From positions 3,723,409 through 3,787,408 of the forward strand of contig CAJFCJ010000019.1 of assembly GCA_904063045.1 (NCBI GenBank): a DNA stretch of 64,000 nucleotides, in the 5' to 3' direction. A program made the position numbers and the translations under genes. Of the stretch, positions 1-16,812 are shown piece by piece. The number at the start of each line of letters is the position of its first letter. Position 1 is the first letter of the stretch. The notes below the pieces were generated by a model, which did no database searches, was not told the origin of the DNA, and saw only the letters and a list, made by a program, of their open reading frames with translations. The stretch is from Dimorphilus gyrociliatus. Its lineage: Eukaryota > Animalia > Annelida.

Positions 1-59
1 AAGTAACATATGTAGGAAATATCGCGGGAATTATAAAGAGACGCCTCTATAAAAATTAC

Positions 60-238
60 CTTCTCCATATGAATGGTGTACTCTCTGTAACTTTATTAAT
101 ACCGTGTAAAGTTGTTGTCTGAGTGAAATTATACCAGACTGTAGACCATCCATCAGGCACTTCTAATTCTGCAACCTTTCTTTTAGTTGATGAGCGTCGA
201 CGTCTTTCGAAATCCCAATATTCTCTTTCCTCTTTCAT
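60..238 (-). CDS. DEG/ENaC (ASIC/FaNaC-like) amiloride-sensitive channel, first coding exon; partial, continues left of the window
   Basis: Translation ...WYNFTQTTTLHGINKVTESTPFIWRR has the pre-TM1 F-x3-TTLHG motif followed by the basic residues that precede TM1 in DEG/ENaC channels. The exon ends at a GT donor (AG|gtaatt, intron starts at 59). Confidence 0.8.
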
Positions 239-921
239 TCCTTATCTTATATATATATATACTGTATATATATATACATATATAGATTTAAATTCTTAGT
301 TATATAAGTATACACAACACATTGAATACATGTATTTTTTAAAAAATATCTAACATCTACTTAAGCGTCGTTAACTTCTATAGATGGTCGTCTGCTCATA
401 GACGCTGCTCTGTTCCGACTGATGCCGCTCGCTTTAATCATTCCGTTATGTATATATATATATTAGTCTCGTCTAGCTAATGGTTCGTTGTTTTGTCACA
501 AATGTAGCCGACGTAAATAGAAAGTTGAGATGGAAATATACTACATGTATATTGTTGGTGTAGTTCTAAATTTACTTGTCAACATTACATTAAGATGTCT
601 TTAAGTGCTCGACCTTATAATACGGAATAAGGACCAGTGCTGTTAATAAGTCAGACAATTACGGCTTAGCCTAGATTCTTGTTAATTGTTTATTAATAAT
701 CAATCGAAGGAGAACTAGAAATATAAATTGTTTAAATAAAGGCTGTTTTTCCAATATGCGTCTTGTCATTAATAGAGTGTCGATTGATGATATTGAAACT
801 GTCTATACAGTTTTTACAACTTAAATTATTCAATGGTGTTAAATGTCAGGCTCACCAAACAACCTATTGTAGGCATCTATTTTTGTAGCAAAAATACATC
901 TATTACGTAATTATTATGTAG

Positions 922-7452
<6,531 letters not shown>

Positions 7453-10400
7453 TTACCAAAACTTTGGACTATTAGATGTGTGTTGTTTTTTTCTTTTTTT
7501 TGTCTTCTTCTTTTCTTCTTCTCTGTTTTTCTTTTTCTTTCTGTCTCTCTTTTCCTTCCAATTATTTAATATTAATAAATAGTTATGGAAAGTATATAAA
7601 AAAGATATGTACTCTGTGTCATACAATAACAAAAAAAACTATTATCTCTTAATTGATTGCGGCGACGTCTGACTCGAAATTTGTACGCATTTTTAAACTG
7701 ACAAACAGATTAACGTCATAACGTAAACAAAGTGACTGACAAGCTGACGGAATTCATGTTTACTCAGACAGCTTTTTTACGTTCGAGTCATTCCATTAGT
7801 TCCCCTCCTATCCAACCACCCACAGGGCGTTTACGCCCTGAGGTTCAAAGGTCGACGGGCAGCAGATCGCCACGCGCACGCTCTGACGGATAGTGTATAC
7901 TTTTGTCGCCTTGAACCTGTATCGGGGCATATTTTTTTCTATTTGTCTCCTCCTCCTTCTCTCTATCTTTCACACGCAAACAGATTGACGAGATAAGAGA
8001 ATAAAAAAAGAGTAGGTAAGAATGAACAAAGCGTTAACAATAAGATGACTGATTAAAAATTGGAGAAAAAGCCTTAAAAGACGAGTAAATGAGATTCAAA
8101 TTGGTTTGGCCAATTGATTTTTTCGCCTTTTTTTATAATGGCACGCTCTGATTTCTCTTTACGACTTCGCCGGTATATTGGTAGATAAGCAAATCGAATA
8201 TTCACTATCTTTAAGTCTAATCGATTTCGAGTGACGTCTGAGCGATTAGTCGTCGTCTTTTATCTATTGATAGTCTTGCGTTAGCGTGGGAGAGATACAT
8301 GTCTGTTGTATATTAAGGCTAATGCATACACGAATACCTTTTACAATACAACTATTATACGCTATTTTATTATAATGTTTATGTAAAATAGACCTAAACA
8401 GGCCTAAATAAAAAAATTAATTTTCCAACCAAAAATTCCGCCTCCAACAATGGAATAAAAACTTATTATACCTATATAAATAGATATTTATAATTGCAGG
8501 CCGTTTACAAGCATTCAAATTTTTGGTTACGTTCTTACGTTCACACGCTCTAGGCCTATTTAAAGGTGAAAGATCATATTCATCGCCTATCTTTATATTA
8601 TTAGTTGTGCTCACTGGCGTCAATAGGTGGATATGTATTATTAGCCTAATAATCGACTATTTTGAGTGCACCCCTCTGCTATATCTTATTCTAATGTTTT
8701 TCGAAGTTGACAACAAAAACGGAAGTTTATAGGAACGCGAAGAATTTACCCTCTTTTGCGAATGTAAAACTTCTTAGCGCCCCGTTTATAATCTTGGGGC
8801 AAGAAAAAGGAATTCTTTCTTTTCGCGTGCGCTGCTCTCCCCCGCTCCCGATTATTTCTCAACTTGTTTTTCTCTCTTTCTCTCCTTTTCATTCTTTCTT
8901 TCTCTCGTTTTTTTTTCTTTATTATCATCAAGTATTTCGTGGAGAATGGAATGTATTTTTTCATTCCTTTAAACAACTATCATTGAAGAGGTTAGTAACA
9001 TTCTGAAAAGGAAGAAAAAAGTGGGTGGGGAAAGGTATGAGTGTGCCTTCTTGTGATTGGCGCGTTACGGATTAGTTCTTAATTATTCGGTCACGTTCTA
9101 TCGGAAACAGGTGTGAGTGTGAAAAGTACCGTATTTATAAGCGAATATAAACATAAACATATAATTTAAAACATTTATTGTTAATAAATCCATTTTTAAC
9201 GGCAACTAAAGAAAAATTAAAGTGTTTCTCTTTTCTTTTGAAAGTATGGCTTCCCTTTTCATTTCTCTACTTTTCTGTTCGTTTCTTCTCTCTTCTTTTC
9301 TCTCTTTTGATATCTTTAAAGAAATTTCTCTTACGTATATAAATGCGGGTCGGTAGTCGTCGATATCGACTTTGGAAATCGATCGTTAGAGATAAGCAGT
9401 TTGCCTCTTGGCCACTTTCCTTTGATCTTTACGGCAGATAAGACTTTGCGCCCCCTCTCTTAATTGTTAATTATATAGTCGCCAGATTCTTTCTTCGCTA
9501 TTGAACAGCAGGCATTCGAAACCCTATATTGAGCTATAGAAGTTGTTTAGGCCTATAATATCTACCGCTCTCCTTTAATCTTAATCGAATCGGACGGCGT
9601 AAAGGAGTAAAAAGAATATTTCATGGCGCTCACTTTCGGTTGGTTTCGGGCTCTCACAGCATGAGCTATACCGATTTGGAACTTTATGTTCGGACGACCT
9701 AGCGTTCGAGAGGTGTTCCTTAACACCGTAAACGACGGACTTCAAACGCTCCGGCGTCGACACGCTTTTTTTCGCCTCAAAGTAGTCGTTGTTCGACAAT
9801 GAAGCTGCTGTTGCGAAGAATAGTAATTCGACCGGTAAAGCAAAGCTCCGGAACAAAAAAAATAGCCTTATTTTCTCTTTTCTCCCTCAGCTATTTTTTT
9901 CAAAAGTCTTGACCACTCGCCCGATTATTCCCAATGCTCTTTTGATATCTTCCATATGAAAAATAAGACTTTTGTTTGTGAAACAGAAGAAGGAAATAGG
10001 CTCTTTTCATTTATCGCGTGTCCTATGGTCATTCTTCATAACTCGGACGCGTCTTTCCATTTTCTCGCTTGACCTTTATCGCTTTTCTCCTACATTCATT
10101 CTTTTTTTACACGGATGATCATAACCCTTGACCATTCGTAATACGATTCGAAAAGCCCCGAAAATACGCGCATTTGAACTACATATGAACTTGGAAATGG
10201 TATTTTGAACTCGCCGTAACATACTCCCCGTGGAATTAGACAAACGATATTTGGAATGTTCTTTTTTTAGCCTGTACACGCGCTCGTTTATTTAGTCACG
10301 TGATTTTTCATTATTTCTACTCAACTCTTTTTAATATATATATAAATATGCTCAAACGTTAAATTGTGAGTAGGTAAAAATTTATTACCGACATTGCCAA

Positions 10401-11399
10401 TTGTAACAGCCCACCCGTCGTTTATCATTTGTAATAATATCGAAAAGAGCAAAGTAAAATGGCTTTTCTTTATTTAGTAATTGTCTAGAAGTACATTATA
10501 TTGAATATTTTTAAAATGGCCTGCTTTTTTTTATAAAAAAAAAGACATAAAAAAAATATATATATATGTATGTATATACGAAACGAATTAATTCTTAAAT
10601 TCCAACATTCTTTTCACACGACCGCGCACGCCGGCGTCAATTAGCTAAATTCATCGGTCGCATATTTGCCTCTCCTCTATTCCCGATGAAAAGAAAGAAA
10701 TCGGCTACAAAGGAAGTAAGAATAATCGAATAGCTTATGGTACACGTGCGAAACTTATTCGAAAATTCTATTGGAGAGAGGGAAATACTCGTTTGTTAAG
10801 CTTCGCCGAATTATTTATAGTTCCCTTAGGAAGGGGAAGAAGAATATTATTCGGAGGGGAAAATGAGAATTCCATTGTCCATTCGTGTGGGAATGTACAC
10901 GGCGAGATGATGATTGGAGACGGTCGATTAATTACGCTTATCAGAGCCAGGAATGTTGTCATACGTCACCAGCAGATGTTTGAACGCGTCAATTACGGCA
11001 TTGTTCTACTCGAATGCGTATTGTTTGCAGATCTTATAAGGAATTTTGGCCGCCGCCCATAAAAAGCGTGCGGCTCGCGTCGGAAGGCAGGCGAAGAAAA
11101 AAAATTAAAAAAAAAAAAATTGTTCCCACGTTCTTGTATCAGGAAACGTAATTTGTTTATCAGACGACGTGTTGTTGCGCGTTCCGCCTTATCGTCACAT
11201 CCGATAAAGCACGCGCAAAAATTATAATAGGGAACAAGTATTTGTCTGTTCCCGTCACTATATCGCTCTCTAAGCATTTCCGAAACTTATGTTCGCGTCT
11301 AACGCGTGACGCCTATAGGCCCCACCTACTTTCTAAATCGTTTATTTATATTACTAAAGGAGTAGAGTAGTCAAATAGAGGAATGACCACTGGTCAAAT

Positions 11400-11590
11400 A
11401 AGGGTCGCGCAGCGTGAACAACGTTCAGAAAACGTGTCGGGACTTGCTGGCCAATAGGCGTTGTGCCAGTCGCGTTCAATTCACGAAACTGGCTGTTGAT
11501 TGGTCGACTAGCGCCTGGCGTGGCTTGTGTCGCGCGTTTTTTATATCCTCTTTTATTCGAGTTAAAACTTGTTGAATGAGCAGCTGGTCT
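11400..11590 (+). promoter_or_regulatory. Putative HES core promoter
   Basis: GC-richer patch 200-380 bp upstream of the HES ATG. It contains CCAAT (11451-11455), inverted CCAAT (ATTGG 11499-11503), N-box CTTGTG (11524-11529), TATA-like TTATAT (11541-11546) and proneural-type E-box GCAGCTG (11580-11586). Confidence 0.55.
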
Positions 11591-11785
11591 CGGTTGACCG
11601 TTTCGATTAGAAGAAGCGAAAGGAATAAGCAAACGGACTTTTCTTAGATATTTCAATTAAAACTTGAAAGTTGCTACATCATCAACTCTTGCAATCTAAA
11701 TAAGGAATTTAACAAAAAGAGGAATAAGAACATTCCATAAAAGAATTGTACGTAACGTTCTATAAAGAAAAAGAAATTTCAAGCA

Positions 11786-13625
11786 ATGGCCGATGACAGC
11801 GATGATGTTGTTTCAAATTCTACAGACTGTACGAAGAAGGTAAAATATCTTACTATATATTAAAGATTACATAACATAAGCAGGAATCAAAGCTGTCAAT
11901 AGCAACGAGTGCATAGGCACGTAGTTGAGAGGCGCTATAAAAATGCTTTGAATTACAACTCATAAATTCATTTTATTACACGTTTATAAAAAGATATATG
12001 TAAAAATAAATGCATGGGAAAAGCTACTGTTGATGTAATAAATCTATGTTTTCCACTTCGTTAGCTATATTTAAAAGCATCCTATCAAAAATATCTATTT
12101 ACCATTAGAAAAGATTACCCGCTTATTCTCTTTAAATGTTCTTTTATATCTATTTTTTTACTGTTAACTATTAAAATCATTAATAAAATCTTCTTTCAAA
12201 AAATAGAATAGCAAACCGGTGATGGAAAAACGTCGTCGAGCCAGGATCAATGCCAGCCTGTGTGAATTGAAGGCGTTGCTCTTAGACGCAATGAAGAAAG
12301 ACGTAAGGCGATTATATAGAGTATATCACAGTTACGTAAGCGGGGAACGAGTTGAGAGAGCAGTAACTTTGAAGGCGACTTCAATACGCAAACAACCTGT
12401 TTATATAGAACGTGGGCCGTGGGAAAAAATAGCTAGGAATAATGACGTTAGATCGAAATCGACCTTTTTCTTTCTTTCTTCTTATTTTATTCTCTTTTTT
12501 TTATGTTTTATTCAATTCCGCTCGCGTTTAAGAAAAAACTTAAAAGACAAGTTAGGGGTGGAAAGAAGCAGTAAATGCTCGAATAAGTGAAAGAGTATAT
12601 ATAAATGAATATAAAAAAAAGTAGAATTTCATAAAGAATACTCCCTTTCTTCGGTATAGGAGGAAATGTTGTATAATAAAAAAAAGGAAGAATAAACTGA
12701 ACATTTTTAAAGAATATTTTAATTGAATCACTTACCGAGATTGGCACGGTTGCCTTAGGGGATTCTGATGACGAAGAAGTTTATCTTTCGTATTCCGTTC
12801 GTTTAATAATATAATGAATAGAGTGTTTATATTTGAAAATCCTTTCAGGGGGCTCGTCACAATAAGATGGAAAAAGCGGACATTCTCGAATATACAGTTA
12901 GGCATTTACGGCAGGTACAAAGGCAACAAATCTCTGCTGCAGCCTCCAGCGATCCTGCTGTTTTAAACAAATTCTATGCGGGATTCAACGAATGCACAAA
13001 TGAAGTTTCGCGTTATTTGTCATCTGTCGAATCGGTTGATGTTGAATTACGTTCAAGAATTTTAGAACATTTAACCAATTGCATAGCAACGAGTCAGTTA
13101 GGCAGAAATTTGAATCACAACTCTTCATCTCCGTCTTCTCCGTCATCGCATACCATTATTCAACAGTCTCCGATCAGTATTGCTCCGAAACAGGAAATTA
13201 ATAACAATGTCATTAAGCATTCTCATCAGCAGCAATCGCAACAACAGCAGCAGCAACAACAAGTTCAAGTTATACCAACCAAATTGGCAAATGGCCAAAT
13301 GGCGTTCGTCATACCCAGTAGCGAGCAGACAACTACTAATTACGTAATGATAACGAGCAATACCTGTCCGGCAACGGCGTCAAATGTCGTTATAGCGGCT
13401 CCTAAGCAACAGACAATTGTTATGCAAGTTCCCGTCGTTAGTGAATGTTCAAGCGACTCAAATAACAATACTATTAAAACGCCGAGGAAAAGAGGATCGT
13501 CATCGCCTATGCTCTCCTCCTCTGCAACCTCATCCCCCTCTCCTGCAAAAAGTATGAAAACCGAGGATAATCGCCCATCTTCCCAATCACCAAAGGCCGA
13601 AGAAGAGCCCTGGCGGCCTTGGTGA
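11786..13625 (+). CDS. HES: HES/hairy-Enhancer-of-split bHLH-Orange transcriptional repressor
   Basis: Exons 11786-11839 ([18 protein letters not shown]), 12207-12302 ([32 protein letters not shown]) and 12849-13625 ([20 protein letters not shown]...). Basic-region proline, Orange domain [16 protein letters not shown], polyQ tract and terminal WRPW Groucho-binding motif are present. Confidence 0.97.
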
Positions 13626-13804
13626 GGAAATGAGTATGAATGCCGCTCGCATACGCTTCTAATACTATTCAAATATGTAATTATCTGGGAGAGATAAATA
13701 GCACATACGCCACAAATATACATAAATTAATTGTATTCAGAGCCAAATAGATGTATAATTATGTATATTAATAATTTTTTTTAATGTCCTCATTTAGAAG
13801 AGAC

Positions 13805-13812
13805 CTGTGATA
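13805..13812 (+). promoter_or_regulatory. K-box (cTGTGATa), miR-2-family target site in the HES 3' UTR
   Basis: Exact CTGTGATA 180 nt downstream of the HES stop; it is the reverse complement of miR-2 family nt 1-8 (UAUCACAG). Confidence 0.6.
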
Positions 13813-14191
13813 TAATGGTGAATCATCAAACAATGAATTTATATATTTAGTAGATTACTTAAATATTACTTAAGAATACAATTCAGACGTCTAATGCTAA
13901 ATGAATGAGTATTGTTCCTTTCTTTATTGGCTACCTGCTTATAAACGTGTCATGTTCAGATACGATCGGAAAAATCCCCTTTTAAAATACCATTCGTACG
14001 TAATATTATTCAATTACAAGAAACACGCAGCGCCATCTAACAGTACATTATCATACTAGTGAGGAAAAACTAGAAATTTATTCCAAATATGTAAAATTCT
14101 CAAAAAGAATCGCTTTTTAACAAAAGAGGCAAACAATGTTTACTTTTATTATCTATATTCTAGAAAGGATTATAGCCAATCTACAATTCTG

Positions 14192-16218
14192 TTAATAGAT
14201 AAACGGTATGAGACGACTGCGTACTCTTTCCCGATATTTTTGCCATGCAAAACCATGGACAGTGGCACTTTGAGCGTCCTCTTCGTATGCTTTAAGCACA
14301 TGAGTTATCAGGTTGAATCCAGCATAGAACCAAGGTAATGGGTTGGTTAGACCTATAATTAGAGAAAAGTTAAAAGGTGCTTAAAGATCATAATTTGTAT
14401 ATTTTCACTTACCACATGGAGCGCATATGGCAAAAACCGATAAAATATCACCGAAATACTCGGGATAACAAACAAATCCCCACAATCCTGATGATATGAT
14501 ATTGTAACCGCTTTCGGTTTTAATTTGATCGAGGTGAGCAACGTTCGGATGATAGGGATCTTCCCTGAATCTTTGTTTTGTCAGATTTGACGAGAAGGTA
14601 ATATAGATTCCAATTATGTAAGGTAAAAAGATTACGGCGAGAAATTCCTGCTTTAGGACGATATCATATTTCCAAATGTAATAAGACGAGTAAGTAAATG
14701 CAAAAGGGTAAAAGAAGAGGGCGGCAAAACACTTAAAGAAACCAAAAGGCTGACTTTTAACATCAGGATAATGAAGTAACGATTTTTCCGTCAAACTGAA
14801 CTGAAAGATATAGCCAATGTGCATAAGAACTTGTATCAATAGAGTAAGGTTGAATTTATCTCTTTTGTAGTTTTCCAACGGATACAATACTAACAAGGTC
14901 GTCGTAAGACAAAAATTGATTCTGGTTAGAATCCAAACTGTCCAATTAATGCCCAAGCATTCAGGCATGATTTTCTTTCCATTGATAAAATCTAATAGTA
15001 TACTTCTCCCTTTCAAATTTAACGTAGTAGCATACGTTATAATGCCAAGAGCAATGGACAGTCCAAATCCTGTGATCATGAAATCTTCCGGTCTTTCTAT
15101 GAGCTTTGTGATTGGTATCTTCAATGCCGCAGCAATGAAAACGAAGCAAACATTCAACAGTAGATGTAACATTTCTAAAAAAAAGTAAACAATATTTTAA
15201 ATAATTTATTCATAGTTAATCTCATATATTGCGTAATAATAATCGGATCTTACGATTTAATCTGAATTCTCTCATTTTCCCAGCAACCTCAAAAGCGTAT
15301 TTCTCTCCAATTGGAAGAAAGTAGAAAAATAAATTAGCCACAATGAAAGAAAAGAAGTATCTAAGAGGTACAAAACTGCAATCTTTCGTCCAATTGTACC
15401 TCGATAACTTAGTTGAAATTTGTCGAAATGAAAAGTTCTTTTGGAAATTAATTATTCAATTAATAACAATTAAGAATTGATAAATTTCACAAAGCAAACT
15501 TACTTTAGAAGATTTATACATTGCAAATGTGACCACAATGAAGAAGGTTATCAAAAATAGACTCAATAGTCCTTTCAGCCAATCTAGAAAAAATGAATCA
15601 TCCTCCACTACTTTCTCCACAGGTTTTTTCTCCTCTATTTTCTGTTTTCTTCCTCTCAAACTTCTTTGTGTTTCCACGTTCAAATCTTCCTTGGTAGCCT
15701 TTCGCCTTCTCGTTGTAATTTCGGGAGATAATTCAGTTTCTTTTTTTTCAACTTCTTTGACCGTCTGGATAAATAAATATATTTTTATTATAAAACAAAA
15801 GTTCTTCCTGCGTAAAGAAATGTTACTTCTTTTGGGGGTGAACCAGACATAACAGTTCTTTTAACTGAACGTTTTCTTCCGGTTCTAGGAGCTGGCTTCT
15901 CCGATTTTTCTTCTTTCTCTTCATTAGCCGGTTTCTTTTCTTGCTTAGGCTTTTTAGGTCTTCCTGGAGATCTTCCTCTTGAACGAGATCGCGAACGACT
16001 TCTGCTTCTCGATTTCTTTGGTGAACTGGCACTCTAAGGAACACCACGATTAAATTAAAAGTTATCTAAATACCATCGATAAAAAATGAAACGCAAAGGT
16101 AAACAATGAAGGAAAATTTAAGTTTATTTGTGTATTGAATACAAGATAGAACAACATTTTTAAAAAAAGAATATACGTTTATATTTAAATATAAATATTT
16201 TACCTTTTTAGGCGGCAT
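14192..16218 (-). CDS. LBR: Lamin B receptor-like inner nuclear membrane protein (RS domain plus degenerate ERG4/ERG24 sterol-reductase domain)
   Basis: Exons 16204-16218 (MPPKK), 15827-16033 (SASSPKKSRSRSRSRSRGRSPGRPKK...), 15504-15764, 15254-15437, 14413-15174, 14192-14352. The RSRSRSRSRGRSPGRP motif matches the LBR RS domain. The C-terminus SGLWGFVCYPEYFGD...PCG...LPWFY...HGFAWQKYRERVRSRLIPFIY matches the LBR/TM7SF2 end. Confidence 0.88.
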
Positions 16219-16812
16219 TTCGTTGATTGGGCTAAATAATATCTGTCAAAAATATGTGACTTAAAAACAACGAAAAACGAGTATCAAATCTTTATCATCT
16301 TCTTATTTTAGATAATTGTTTTTAAAAAATCAAGGAAAAAATATATAGATTATTTAGCCAAATGAATTAAAGGTAAAAAAGAAAAACATTTGACGCGGGA
16401 AACAATGGCTGAATGCAAAGCACGCTGCATAAAAGAACAGCAATTTTGGGATCATAACAAATGAATTATATAAATTTTAGGTTGTAAATGGATGTTCAAA
16501 ACTTACCCGTTTAAATAGAATCGGAGATCAGGTACTAATTATAGGAATTATTATTCAATACCACTGCATTAAATTGTGCGAAAATAAAGAACAGAGCCTA
16601 ACGCAGAAATGACGCTAACCCGGAATTGGATACCACATTACCCTTAGCCTTAGACCGGTGAAGTACCGGTTTCAAGGAAATTTGAATTTACCAATTTCTT
16701 CACTTCATACAAATTTTTATTCAAGCAAAGCAAAATACAACAAATAAGCCCAAAAAAAATGTTTTACGTAGCTTTTAAAAATATCAAAACAAAATATATT
16801 CCATTGGCAGAC

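Noticed and set aside
7860-7875. Minus-strand GGCGATCTGCTGC resembling the 5' GAUC motif of 7SK snRNA
   Set aside because: No complementary downstream GATCGCC to form the 7SK 5' stem and no GGA start at the expected distance; treated as a chance match.
8417-9006. Several 68-99 aa ORFs in the RyR-HES intergenic region
   Set aside because: Low-complexity F/L/S or K/R/E content from TC/GA tracts, mostly non-ATG starts and no recognisable motifs.
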